From the IMG/VR virus record IMGVR_UViG_3300046648_000324, positions 6,401-70,400 of that record: a stretch of 64,000 nucleotides of DNA. One strand, 5' to 3'. Positions 1 to 9,006 of this stretch are shown here, piece after piece (the first letter of the stretch is position 1; each line of letters opens with the position of its first letter). The position numbers and the translations under genes are program-made. The notes under the pieces were generated by a model. It had not been told where the DNA came from, did no database searches, and saw nothing but the letters and a program-made list of their open reading frames with translations. The DNA is from a virus.

Positions 1-798
1 GACGGCGACGCCAAGGAAGACCCCAAGTCCAGGAAAAAGGACAGCCGGATCCCGCTGGCGCGCCACAAGGAAATGCTGGACAAGGCGCGCGGCGAGCGCG
101 AGGCCCTGGCCGCCGAGAACGCGCGCCTGAAGGCGGCCGCCGCCGGCCAGGCCGTCGCGGCCGACCTCGACAAGATCGAGACGCGCTTGATCGCGATGGA
201 GACCGAGTACAGCAAGCTCTTGGCCGACGGCGAGATCGACAAGGCGACCGCCAAGATGGCCGAGATCCGGCGCCTGGAGCGCTCGATCGGCGAGCAGAAG
301 GCCACCCTCCAGGCCGAACAGGCCGAGGCCCGCGCGGTCGAGCGGGTGCGCTACGACACCGTGGTCGAGCGGGTCGAGCAGGCCTACCCGGCGATGAACC
401 CGGACCACGAGGAGTTCGACGCCGACGCCGTGGCCGAGGTGCTGGACGTCAAGGGCGCGTTCGAGGCCAAGGGCGCGACCCCGTCGGCGGCGCTGCAGCG
501 CGCCGTCAAGTACGTGCTGGGCGCGGCCAGCGCGCGCGAAAGGACCGCGGTCGAGGTCACCCCGCGGGTCGACAAGGACGCCGCCGTCAGCGCCGCCGCC
601 GAGCAGCGCAAGGGCGAGGCCCTCAAGCGCAACATCGCCGCCGCCAAGGCTACCCCGGCCGCGCTGGGCAAGGTCGGGGTCAACTCGGACGAGAAGGGCG
701 GTTCGCTGACGTCGGAGACGGCGATGAAGATGAGCCAGGACGAGTTCGCCAAGCTGGACGAGAAGACGCTGGCGCGGCTGCGCGGGGACGAGCTGTGA
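1..798 (+). CDS. Capsid scaffolding-like protein (5'-truncated by window edge)
   Basis: Frame is open from base 1 (DGDAKEDPKSRKKDSRIPLARHKEM...); charged coiled-coil with C-terminal 'MSQDEFAKLDEKTLARLRGD'; lies upstream of the major capsid gene. Confidence 0.7.
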   Translation, partial: DGDAKEDPKSRKKDSRIPLARHKEMLDKARGEREALAAENARLKAAAAGQAVAADLDKIETRLIAMETEYSKLLADGEIDKATAKMAEIRRLERSIGEQKATLQAEQAEARAVERVRYDTVVERVEQAYPAMNPDHEEFDADAVAEVLDVKGAFEAKGATPSAALQRAVKYVLGAASARERTAVEVTPRVDKDAAVSAAAEQRKGEALKRNIAAAKATPAALGKVGVNSDEKGGSLTSETAMKMSQDEFAKLDEKTLARLRGDEL

Positions 799-871
799 TC
801 AGCCCGTTCGCGATGTGGCTGATCCTGTTCAGCCCGCCACCACCACCACCACCACCACCGAAAGAGACCCC

Positions 872-1060
872 ATGACCAAAGCCGTCCGCATCGAAAACGC
901 CGACACCGCCGCCTACAAGGTGGTGGTCGAGGTCTACGAAAAATCCCACATCGAGGGCATCCCCGACACGCTGGTCACCTCCAGCGGCCTGGACTTCCCG
1001 ACCGCGATGCTCAACACCTGTATCACCAGCACCCGCTACCTGGTCGTCAGAGAAGCCTGA
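872..1060 (+). CDS. Small hypothetical protein (62 aa)
   Basis: ATG at 872 after a purine-rich GAAAGAGA; MTKAVRIENADTAAYKVVVEVYEK...; phage-like codon usage. Confidence 0.6.
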   Translation: MTKAVRIENADTAAYKVVVEVYEKSHIEGIPDTLVTSSGLDFPTAMLNTCITSTRYLVVREA

Positions 1061-1170
1061 TGTACGGCGACGACGCCTGGGGCCTGGCCGCGCTCGGCCT
1101 GGGCGTGCTGCTGGTGGTGTTCGGCGCACTGTGCCTCGGGCTCGGCTACCTGGTCGGCTGCCTGGTCTGA
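1060..1170 (+). CDS. Small membrane protein (36 aa)
   Basis: TGATG coupling to the previous ORF; MYGDDAWGLAALGLGVLLVVFGALCLGLGYLVGCLV is one hydrophobic helix. Confidence 0.5.
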   Translation: MYGDDAWGLAALGLGVLLVVFGALCLGLGYLVGCLV

Positions 1171-1310
1171 ACACTGGTGGAGGATACGGGGCTACGTAGT
1201 TACCCGCACGGCAAGGCTGGTGTCGCTACATGCCTAGATTGACGATTCTTTAATCCCCCGCCAGCTTTATACCAGCCAGCACCGAGCCCTGTAAAGGGGT
1301 GGCTCTACAC

Positions 1311-1354
1311 TCTAAAATAGATCGCTTGCGCGGTCTATTTTTTTGTCTTAGAAT
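1311..1354 (+). promoter_or_regulatory. Sigma70-like promoter for the capsid gene, with an operator-like palindrome just upstream; overlaps an intrinsic terminator
   Basis: TTGCGC(1326-31)-17 nt-TAGAAT(1349-54); TCTAAAATAGATCG at 1311-1324; hairpin AATAGATCGC/GCGGTCTATT followed by a T-run. Confidence 0.6.
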
Positions 1355-1480
1355 CACTTTACGTCCGGGCACGATACGCCCGCCAGGCCCGTCCAGGGCC
1401 CCTTCGTACGATCGAACGACACTCGATTAGAGCTAGTACCCAGTCTTTTCCTTAACCGTCTACGTGCGAAGGATGCCGCC

Positions 1481-2593
1481 ATGGCACTCACCAATTTTGG
1501 TCTGCTGACCAACGAACAAAAAACCGTCTGGTCGCGCGACCTGTGGAAGAACGCCCGCAACCAGTCGTTCGTCGGCAAATTCCTGGGCAGCGGCCCGGGG
1601 TCGATGATCCAGCACATCACCGAGCTGAAGAAATCCGAGAAGGGCGCGCGCGCCGTCATCACCCTGCTGGCCGACCTGACCGGCGACGGCATCGCGGGCG
1701 ACCGCACGCTGGAAGGCAACGAAGAGCAGCTGCAGACCTTCGACCAGGTGATCCGGATCGACCAGCTGCGCCACGCCAACCGCCACGAAGGCAAGATGGC
1801 CGACCAGAAGTCGATCGTCGAATTCCGCGGCAACAGCCGCAACGTGCTGTCCTACTGGCTGGCTGACCGCATCGACCAGATGGCGTTCCTGACCATGGCC
1901 GGCATCGCCTACACCAAGAAGCCGAACGGCGCGACCCGGGTCGGCTCCGACCTGCCGTACCTGGAATTCGCCGCCGACGTCACGGCGCCGTCCAACGGCC
2001 GCCGCTTCCGCTACGACAACACCGCCAAGGGCGTGGTTGCCGCCGGCGCCTCCAACGCCGTCACCGCCACCGACACCGTGGCCTGGGAGATGTTCGTCGC
2101 GCTCAAGGCCGCCGCCAAGGACCGCTACATGCGCGGCGTGATGGAAGGGTCGGAAGAGACCTACCACGCGTTCCTGACCCCGACCGCGATGGCCAACCTG
2201 AAGCTCGACCCGACCTACCTGCTGAACCTGCGCCACTCACAGAACGCCGGCAAGAACGACACCTTGTTCACCGGCAGCTCGGTCAAGATCGACGGCATCT
2301 ACCTGCACGAGTTCCGCCACGTGCCCAACACCTCGGGCGCCGCCTCCGGCGCCAAGTACGGCGCGGCCGGCACCGTCGACGGCTGCCAGGTGCTGTTCTG
2401 CGGCGCCCAGGCGCTCGGCATGGCCGACATCGGCGCCCCGGACTGGGAAGAAAAGGGCTTCGACTACGAGAACTCGCAAGGCATCAGCGTCGGCAAGATC
2501 CTCGGCTTCCTGAAACCGAAATTCGGCTCGATCTACGAGAACGGCTCGGTCGAGGACTTCGGCGTGATCAGCTGCTACGTCGCCACGAAATAA
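1481..2593 (+). CDS. Major capsid protein, N4-gp56/DUF4043-like
   Basis: 370 aa; 'TELKKSEKGARAVITLLADL.GDGI.GD.TLEGNEE.L', 'IRIDQLRHA' and 'LFCGAQAL' are typical of this MCP family; follows the scaffold gene. Confidence 0.85.
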   Translation: MALTNFGLLTNEQKTVWSRDLWKNARNQSFVGKFLGSGPGSMIQHITELKKSEKGARAVITLLADLTGDGIAGDRTLEGNEEQLQTFDQVIRIDQLRHANRHEGKMADQKSIVEFRGNSRNVLSYWLADRIDQMAFLTMAGIAYTKKPNGATRVGSDLPYLEFAADVTAPSNGRRFRYDNTAKGVVAAGASNAVTATDTVAWEMFVALKAAAKDRYMRGVMEGSEETYHAFLTPTAMANLKLDPTYLLNLRHSQNAGKNDTLFTGSSVKIDGIYLHEFRHVPNTSGAASGAKYGAAGTVDGCQVLFCGAQALGMADIGAPDWEEKGFDYENSQGISVGKILGFLKPKFGSIYENGSVEDFGVISCYVATK

Positions 2594-2645
2594 GCCTGCC
2601 GCGCCGCCCTGAGCGGGCGGCGCGCACCTCGCACAAGGAACCGCC

Positions 2646-3140
2646 ATGAAACTGCTCGCCTCGCGCACCGCCCAGTACCCACTGACCTCGAACTTCACGT
2701 TCAACTACAACAACTGGGTCGTCGATTCGGTCGACCTGACCGCCAAGACGCTCGGCTCGACCACCGCGGCCGCCACCGACCCGGCCCAGGCCGGGCTGAC
2801 CGGCCCGGTCGCCAACACCATCGTGTTCGACGCCATCCCGATGCCGGTCGGCGCCGTGATCACCGGCGGCGAGGTGATCGTCGAGACCGCGTACGCGGGA
2901 TCGACCGCCGCCACGCTGTCGCTGGGGATCGCCGGCACCACCACCGCGCTCGCTTCCGCGGTCGACCTGAAAACGGCCGCCCGCACCGCGCTGACCCTGA
3001 CCACGCCGCTGCTGGCCAACGCCGGCCAGAACCTGCGCGCCACCATCGCCTACACGGTGGCCAACGCCACCGCCGGCAAGGTGCGCGTGAACCTGCAGTA
3101 CCTGGTCGACGGCCGCAGCCAGGAAGTGCAGATCGTCTGA
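2646..3140 (+). CDS. Capsid decoration/cement-like virion protein
   Basis: Directly after MCP with AAGGA RBS; Thr/Ala-rich beta protein 'IPMPVGAVITGGEVIVETAY'. Confidence 0.6.
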   Translation: MKLLASRTAQYPLTSNFTFNYNNWVVDSVDLTAKTLGSTTAAATDPAQAGLTGPVANTIVFDAIPMPVGAVITGGEVIVETAYAGSTAATLSLGIAGTTTALASAVDLKTAARTALTLTTPLLANAGQNLRATIAYTVANATAGKVRVNLQYLVDGRSQEVQIV

Positions 3141-3147
3141 CGCCGCC

Positions 3148-3175
3148 AGGGCGGCGCCCCGGCGCCGCCCTTTTC
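3148..3175 (+). terminator. Intrinsic terminator
   Basis: AGGGCGGCGCC-CC-GGCGCCGCCCT followed by TTT. Confidence 0.5.
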
Positions 3176-3200
3176 CCCACCTGACTGATTGGAGCAGTGC

Positions 3201-3578
3201 ATGAAATTCACCCTTAACCGCGACAAGGTCATCTGCTCCACGACGGGGCATGCGATCGCCTTCGCCAAGAATGTCGCCACCCACGTGCCACCGGCGCTGT
3301 GGAACGAAGTGCTGGCCGCCGGCGGCGTGCCGGAAGACGAGCTGCCGGCCGAAAAACGCGCCGACACGCGCGAACCGGAAGACCCGGTGGCGCGCCGCGC
3401 CGTCATCACCACCGCCTTCGAGCAGCTGGTCCTGGGCGCCAGGCGCGAGGACTTCACCGCCACCGGCGCCCCGCACGTCAAGGCCCTGACCGCCCAGATG
3501 GGGTTCGCGCTCGACGTCAAGGAACGCGACCTGCTGTGGCAGGAATTCAAGCTGAACGCGGCCACCACCAGCGCGTGA
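3201..3578 (+). CDS. Hypothetical virion-associated protein
   Basis: GGAG RBS, ATG 3201; within the head operon. Confidence 0.65.
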   Translation: MKFTLNRDKVICSTTGHAIAFAKNVATHVPPALWNEVLAAGGVPEDELPAEKRADTREPEDPVARRAVITTAFEQLVLGARREDFTATGAPHVKALTAQMGFALDVKERDLLWQEFKLNAATTSA

Positions 3579-3582
3579 GCCG

Positions 3583-4233
3583 ATGGACTCGACCACCCTG
3601 CACGACCAGTTCCGGCGCGACGTCGACGACCGCGTCGCGCCCTACCTGTGGTCGAGCGACGAGGTGTTCGGCTACCTCGACGACGCCCAGAAACTGTTCT
3701 GCCGCCTGACCGGCGGCATCGGCGACGCCAGTACCAGCCTGACCCTGCTGTCCTACACCGCCGGCGCCGCCACCCTGGCCTGCTCGCCGCTGATCCTGAA
3801 GATCCGCGCCGCCTATGACGAGGCCACCGGCACGCCGGTCGAGATCGTCAACATCGAGGACATGGCCGCGCGTGGCATGCGCTTCGACGGCCGCAGCGGC
3901 CCGCTGCGGGCGCTGGTGGCCGGGATGGAACCGGCCAGCCTGCATACCTGGCCGCTGCCGGCTGCCAGTGGCGGCGTGCGCCTGGTGGTCGAGCGGCTGC
4001 CGCTGGCCACCATCAGCGACTTCGACCAGACGCTGGAAGTGGCCGACCACCACCAGCACGGCCTGAGCCTGTGGATGCGCGCGCGCGCCTACACCAAGCA
4101 GGACGCCGACACCCTCGACGCGCGCCGCGCCGACAACTTCAACACCCAGTTCCGCGCCTATTGCGACGCCGCCCGCCGCGAGAAGGACACCGTGCGCCAC
4201 AAGCCGCGCGTGGTGGCCTACGGCGGCATCTAG
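3583..4233 (+). CDS. Head-tail adaptor / tail tubular A-like protein
   Basis: 'FRRDVDDRVAPYLWSSDEVFGYLDDAQKLFCR' N-terminus and 'RAYTKQDADT' C-terminus are typical of podophage adaptors; position. Confidence 0.65.
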   Translation: MDSTTLHDQFRRDVDDRVAPYLWSSDEVFGYLDDAQKLFCRLTGGIGDASTSLTLLSYTAGAATLACSPLILKIRAAYDEATGTPVEIVNIEDMAARGMRFDGRSGPLRALVAGMEPASLHTWPLPAASGGVRLVVERLPLATISDFDQTLEVADHHQHGLSLWMRARAYTKQDADTLDARRADNFNTQFRAYCDAARREKDTVRHKPRVVAYGGI

Positions 4234-4254
4234 CCCTTTAAAGGAGCCCGTACC

Positions 4255-4659
4255 ATGGCCATCCAGCTGTCTGTCGCCGCCCGCAACGCGCGCCTCGACG
4301 CCATCGAAACCACCGCCGGCACCTCGGCCAAGCTGCGCCTGCTCTCGGGCAGCGCCCCGGCCGACTGCGCCACCGCGCAATCGGGCACCTTGCTGTGCGA
4401 GATCGCGCTGCCGTCCGACTACCTGGCCGCCGCTTCCGGAGGCAACAAGGCAAAAACCGGCACCTGGTCGGGCAGCGGCGCCGCCGCCGGCAACGCCGGC
4501 TACTTCCGCATCGTCGACAACGCCGGCACCACCTGCCACATCCAGGGCACGGTAACGGCCACCGGCGGCGGCGGCGACATGACGCTCGACAATATCAACA
4601 TCGCGGTGGCGCAGGTCGTGACGGTGGTGACCTATACCCTGACCGACGCCAACGCGTAA
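4255..4659 (+). CDS. Virion structural (tail-associated) protein
   Basis: AAGGAG RBS; 'RNARLDAI...SGSAPA...GTLL...AGYFRI'; paralogous to 10256-11029. Confidence 0.7.
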   Translation: MAIQLSVAARNARLDAIETTAGTSAKLRLLSGSAPADCATAQSGTLLCEIALPSDYLAAASGGNKAKTGTWSGSGAAAGNAGYFRIVDNAGTTCHIQGTVTATGGGGDMTLDNINIAVAQVVTVVTYTLTDANA

Positions 4660-4664
4660 CGGCC

Positions 4665-5624
4665 ATGACGCTCAAACACACCAAGGTCTCCGCGGCCGGC
4701 GCCAGCGCCGACCCGGCCAAGGTCGGCGGCGACGACTGGAACGCGGACCACCAGGCCGACACCGACGGCCTGCTGATGGCGGTCGCCAGCAGCACCCCCA
4801 GCACCCCCAGCGCCGGCACCGGCAAGGTGTATGCGACCGACCTGGTGGCGGGGCGCGCGCTACCGGCCTGGCTCGGGCCGGAAGGGGGCGCGCGCACGCC
4901 GCTGCAGCCGTTCCTGGGGCGCTGCAAGGTCGGCATCTACCAGGCGATTGGCGAAGCGACCGGCACCCAACTGTACGGCGTGTCGAGCTCCTCGAACGGC
5001 GGGGTCTCCGGTGGCCGCACCATCACCAACACCAACCTGTTCACGGCGGTGCGGCGCTCGGTGTTCCCTTCGAGCGGCAGCGCGGCCGGCATCAGTTGCG
5101 GGGCGCGCTTCAACTCCACCACGTCGTGCTGGATGCGCGGCACCGTCGCCGGCACCGGCGGCTTTACCAATGTGTGGCGCTTCGGCGTGTCGGATGCGGC
5201 GGCGGTGAGCGACGCGCGCCTGTTCTGCGGGCTGGTTGGCACAACCGCCGCGCTCGGCAACGTCAACCCGTCGACCCAGCTCAACATCATCGGGGTCGGC
5301 GCCGATTCGGGCGAGAGCACGCTGTCGATGATGTCCAACGACGCCAGCGGCACCGCCACCAAGGTCGCGCTGGGCGCCAACTTCCCGGCCAACACCCTCA
5401 GTACCGACCTGTACGAACTGGCGCTGTTCAGCGCGCCCTGTGGCAGCACCGTGTACTACCGGGTCGAGCGCCTGAACACCGGCGATGTCGCCACCGGCAG
5501 CCTGACCACCGACCTGCCGGCCGCCGGCCAGTTGTTGTCGCTGCAGCTGTGGCGCAACAACGGCACCACGGCGCTGGCCGTCGCGGTCGACCTGGTTTCG
5601 ATGTACATCGAAACCGATTACTGA
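4665..5624 (+). CDS. Tail fibre/spike-like protein
   Basis: ATG 4665; N-terminal 'KH.KVS...DWNADH' motif seen in fibre-like proteins; Gly/Ser/Thr-rich beta C-terminus. Confidence 0.6.
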   Translation: MTLKHTKVSAAGASADPAKVGGDDWNADHQADTDGLLMAVASSTPSTPSAGTGKVYATDLVAGRALPAWLGPEGGARTPLQPFLGRCKVGIYQAIGEATGTQLYGVSSSSNGGVSGGRTITNTNLFTAVRRSVFPSSGSAAGISCGARFNSTTSCWMRGTVAGTGGFTNVWRFGVSDAAAVSDARLFCGLVGTTAALGNVNPSTQLNIIGVGADSGESTLSMMSNDASGTATKVALGANFPANTLSTDLYELALFSAPCGSTVYYRVERLNTGDVATGSLTTDLPAAGQLLSLQLWRNNGTTALAVAVDLVSMYIETDY

Positions 5625-5640
5625 CCCCCAGGAGCCCCGC

Positions 5641-6078
5641 ATGGCCGACTACTCGATTTCCTCCCCCAGCGGCACCATCCGCCTGACCGCCACCGGCGAG
5701 ATCGTGCCGCAGGACGACACCACGCTGGCGTTCCAGACCTATTGGGCCTGGGTGCTGGCCGGCGGCACCCCCGACCAGTTGACCGACCCGCCGGTGCAGT
5801 ACCCGCGCATCACCGTGACCGCGTTCCAGATGCTGCAGGTGCTGATCAACCAGGGGCTGGACGAGCAGGTCGAGTATGCGGTGATGAACAGCGGCGACAA
5901 GCTGCTGACCGCGGCCTACCGTTTCGCCAATGTGTGGGCCTCGGACTGCGCGCCGCTGCAGGCCAACCTGTACCAGATCAGCATGGACGAAGCGGGCGCC
6001 TACGCGCTGTTCCAGGCGGCGGCCGGGATGCCGGTGCTGGCCGACGAGACCGCCATGCAGGCAACGGCAGTGCTGTAA
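5641..6078 (+). CDS. Putative tail fibre assembly/chaperone protein
   Basis: AGGAG RBS; follows the fibre gene; 'FQTYWAWVLAGGTP' motif. Confidence 0.5.
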   Translation: MADYSISSPSGTIRLTATGEIVPQDDTTLAFQTYWAWVLAGGTPDQLTDPPVQYPRITVTAFQMLQVLINQGLDEQVEYAVMNSGDKLLTAAYRFANVWASDCAPLQANLYQISMDEAGAYALFQAAAGMPVLADETAMQATAVL

Positions 6079-7317
6079 ATGACGGCGGCGTTTGACAGCG
6101 GCGCGTTCGACGCCGGCGCATTCGATGTGCCGGCCGTCGTCGCTGCTGTCAGCGCCACGCTGGGGGCCGCCAGCGTAGGGGGCAGCGCCGCCGTCGCAAC
6201 GGCGGCCGCGCTGACCAAAACGTTAGGCGGGCTGACCACCAGCGCCGCCGCCACGCTGGCCACCAGTGCTGCGCTGGCGAGCACCTTGGGTGCGGTCAGC
6301 ACGAGCAGCGCAGCCGCCGTGGCCGTGGCCGCCAGCAGCAGCGCCACGCTGGGCGACCTGGCGCTGGCCAGTGCCGCCAGCGGGGAAGTGGCGGCGACGG
6401 TCAGACGGACCCTTGACGTGCTGACACTGGTCGCCAGCAGCGGCATTGCGCGCACGGCCGATGCCGCGCTGCTGCTGGCCCCGGCCACCATGACCGCCAG
6501 TGGCGCGCTGCCGGTGGCGGCAGCGGCCAGCGACACCCTCGGCGCCGCGCAGGTCGCTGCCAGCGGCGGCGTTCCGATCGACGCCAGCACCAGCCGCACC
6601 CTCGGCGTGCTCGCCGCCAGCGCCGCCGGCGCCGTCGGCAGCAGCAGCGCCCTGACAACCAGCCTGACGCCGGCCACCGGCGCCGCCACCGGCGCCGTAC
6701 CGGTTGCCGCCAGCAGCACCAGCACCCTCGGCGCCCTGACGGTAGTCGCCGCCGGCGCCGCCGCGCGCACGGCCGCAGCCTCGCCGCTGCTGGCCCCGGC
6801 CACGCTGGCGGCGGCGGCGGCCGCACCGGTGGCGGCCAGCGCCGCGCCCCCGCTCGGCGTGGCGCAAGCGACAGCCAGTGCCGCCGTTCAGCTCGCCGCG
6901 GCCGCGGCCGCGGCGCTGGCGCCACTGGCGCTGACCAGCAATGCCGGCGCCGGCACCGGCGCCGCGCTGGCGCAACCGCTGGCGCCGCTGGCAGGGGCTG
7001 CGGCGGGCGCCGTGGCCACCGCCGCCAGCGGCGTGCGCGCGCTGGATGCGCTGACGCTCGACGCCCAGGCGGCGCTGCACGCGCCGTCCACGCCGTCGGC
7101 GCTGCGCTCCGTGCACGTCGGCGCCAACGCCCGCGCCATCCCCATCGCCGCCAACGCCCGCGCCATCGCCATCGGCGCGGCCGTGCGCGGCGTGCGGCCC
7201 GGCGCCGGCGTGCGCGTGCTGCACATCGGCGCCAGCGCCCGCCGCGTGCGCCCCGGTGCCATCACGCGCGTGCTGCAGGTCGACACCACCATGCTTGCCA
7301 AAGGACCAACGCCATGA
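6079..7317 (+). CDS. Ala-rich repetitive virion protein
   Basis: 412 aa; 'AFDSGAFDAGAFD' start; about 20-aa Ala/Thr/Leu repeats. Confidence 0.65.
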   Translation: MTAAFDSGAFDAGAFDVPAVVAAVSATLGAASVGGSAAVATAAALTKTLGGLTTSAAATLATSAALASTLGAVSTSSAAAVAVAASSSATLGDLALASAASGEVAATVRRTLDVLTLVASSGIARTADAALLLAPATMTASGALPVAAAASDTLGAAQVAASGGVPIDASTSRTLGVLAASAAGAVGSSSALTTSLTPATGAATGAVPVAASSTSTLGALTVVAAGAAARTAAASPLLAPATLAAAAAAPVAASAAPPLGVAQATASAAVQLAAAAAAALAPLALTSNAGAGTGAALAQPLAPLAGAAAGAVATAASGVRALDALTLDAQAALHAPSTPSALRSVHVGANARAIPIAANARAIAIGAAVRGVRPGAGVRVLHIGASARRVRPGAITRVLQVDTTMLAKGPTP

Positions 7318-7634
7318 GCACCAGCACCTACTACCTCGACGCCCGTGGCCGCCTGACGATCGACAAGGACCCCGGCGCGACGCTCGACTACCCGTTCGAC
7401 TGGTCCGATTTCCTGACCCCGCTGGCCGACAGCATCGCCTCCGCCAGCGCCAGCGCGGTCGGGGTGACGCTGGTCGGCACCCCCGCCGTCAGCGGCAACG
7501 TGGTCACCATCTGGGCCCAGGGCGGCAGCGTCGGCCAGGCCGCCGCGATCACCTGCACCATCACCACCGCCTCGGCACCGGCGCGCATCGAGCCGATGAC
7601 GATCCAGCTGAAGATCACGCCGAAAGTGGCATGA
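7314..7634 (+). CDS. Fibre/tail adaptor-like small virion protein
   Basis: ATGA overlap; 'DKDPGATLDYPFDWSDFL...VTIWAQGG' motif. Confidence 0.65.
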   Translation: MSTSTYYLDARGRLTIDKDPGATLDYPFDWSDFLTPLADSIASASASAVGVTLVGTPAVSGNVVTIWAQGGSVGQAAAITCTITTASAPARIEPMTIQLKITPKVA

Positions 7635-7651
7635 GCACCCAGGAGAAGCGC

Positions 7652-7981
7652 ATGGAAAACCGAATGATCGCCCCGCCGCCCGACGCCGGCAGCCCCGAAC
7701 CGGATTGGCACGACTATGTACGGATCAACTTCAGTGAGCACGCCGAGCGCCTGGCGGAGTTCGAGAAAAAGCTCGACGCCAACAGCGCGGCCACCGCCCG
7801 CGTCGAATCGTCGACCCGCGACATCGTCGAGATGATGGAGAGCTGGAAGGGCGCGATGAAGACGATCGGCGCGGTCGGCACCGCACTGCGCCCGCTGACC
7901 TGGATCCTGGCGTTCTGCACCGCGCTGCTGGGGCTGTGGGCGGCGGTCAAGCAGGTGTGGGGCGGTGGGGGCGGCAAATGA
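7652..7981 (+). CDS. Membrane-anchored lysis-cassette protein (holin/antiholin-like)
   Basis: AGGAG RBS at 7641; coiled coil plus one C-terminal TM helix; coupled to the endolysin. Confidence 0.55.
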   Translation: MENRMIAPPPDAGSPEPDWHDYVRINFSEHAERLAEFEKKLDANSAATARVESSTRDIVEMMESWKGAMKTIGAVGTALRPLTWILAFCTALLGLWAAVKQVWGGGGGK

Positions 7982-8457
7982 GCTTCGACGCCGCGTTCGC
8001 GGCGCTGCTGGGCAACGAAGGCGGCTACGCCGACCACCCGGACGACCCCGGCGGCGCCACCATGTGGGGCGTCACCGAGCGCGTCGCGCGCCGCCACGGC
8101 TACCAGGGCGCGATGCGCGAGCTGCCGCTGGCGCAGGCCAAGGCGATCGCGCGCGCCGAATACTGGGATATGTACCTGTGCGACCAGTTCGACGCGCGCA
8201 TCGCGTTCGCCCTGTTCGACGCCGCCTACCACGGCGGCCCGGCCGCGCGCTGGCTGCAGCAGGCGCTTGGCGTGGCCCAGGACGGCGTGATCGGCGCCAA
8301 GACCATCGGCGCGGCGCGCGCGGCCGACCCGCTGGCCGTGGTCCAGCGCCTGGCCGCCTACCGCCTGCAGTACCTGACCGGCCTGCCCGGCTGGGTCACG
8401 TTCGGGCGCGGCTGGGCGCGCCGCATCGCCAACAACCTGTTGCAAGGAGCAGCGTAA
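7978..8457 (+). CDS. Endolysin, glycoside hydrolase family 108
   Basis: 'NEGGYADHPDDPGGATMWGVT' catalytic motif; 'DGVIGAKT' and 'FGRGWARR'. Confidence 0.93.
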   Translation: MSFDAAFAALLGNEGGYADHPDDPGGATMWGVTERVARRHGYQGAMRELPLAQAKAIARAEYWDMYLCDQFDARIAFALFDAAYHGGPAARWLQQALGVAQDGVIGAKTIGAARAADPLAVVQRLAAYRLQYLTGLPGWVTFGRGWARRIANNLLQGAA

Positions 8458-8879
8458 TGGATATCACCGGCATCGGTTCGCTGCTCGACATCGGCGGCAA
8501 GATCATCGACCGCGTGTGGCCCGACCCGGCCACCCGCGACGCCGCCAAGCTCGAGCTGTTCAAGGCCCAGCAGGCGGGCGAATTCAAGGAAACGGAGCTG
8601 GCGGTCGCGCTGGCCCAGGCCCAGATCGGCGTCAACGCGGCCGAAGCGACCAGTGCGTCGCTCTGGGTCAGCGGCTGGCGCCCGTTCATCGGCTGGACCT
8701 GCGGCGCCGCCTTCGCGTTCAAGTTCGTTGTCGGCCCGCTGGCGGCCGTGCTGATGGCCGTGGCGGGGCACCCGATCACCTTGCCGGTGTTCGACTTCAG
8801 CGAAATGAGCACCGTGCTGCTGGGAATGCTGGGCCTGGGCGCCATGCGCTCGGTCGAGAAGATCAAGAAAGTCGCTTAG
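8457..8879 (+). CDS. Holin (3TM / GTA-type)
   Basis: 'IIDRVWPDP', 'VSGWRPFIGW' and 'LLGMLGLGAMRSVEK' family motifs; TAATG coupling to the endolysin. Confidence 0.88.
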   Translation: MDITGIGSLLDIGGKIIDRVWPDPATRDAAKLELFKAQQAGEFKETELAVALAQAQIGVNAAEATSASLWVSGWRPFIGWTCGAAFAFKFVVGPLAAVLMAVAGHPITLPVFDFSEMSTVLLGMLGLGAMRSVEKIKKVA

Positions 8880-8943
8880 GTCGCAACAGCCCCAGCGGGG
8901 GTGGGTCGCGAGCGGTTCCATGCCACCGCAAAACCCCCGATGA

Positions 8944-8985
8944 GGTCGCCACGGCGCTCCAACGCCGTGGCGGCCCACCTTTTTT
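8944..8985 (+). terminator. Intrinsic terminator after the lysis cassette
   Basis: GTCGCCACGGCG-CTCCAA-CGCCGTGGCGGC hairpin, then CCACC and T6. Confidence 0.5.
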
Positions 8986-9006
8986 GACCACCCTACCGGA
9001 GCTCCC

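Noticed and set aside
836-859. (CAC)n microsatellite as a phase-variation tract
   Set aside because: Triplet unit, probably upstream of the real start at 872; no frameshift consequence
8930-8980. Fluoride riboswitch or hammerhead ribozyme (GATGAGG / CCGATGA words)
   Set aside because: Required flanking helices and conserved core residues are missing
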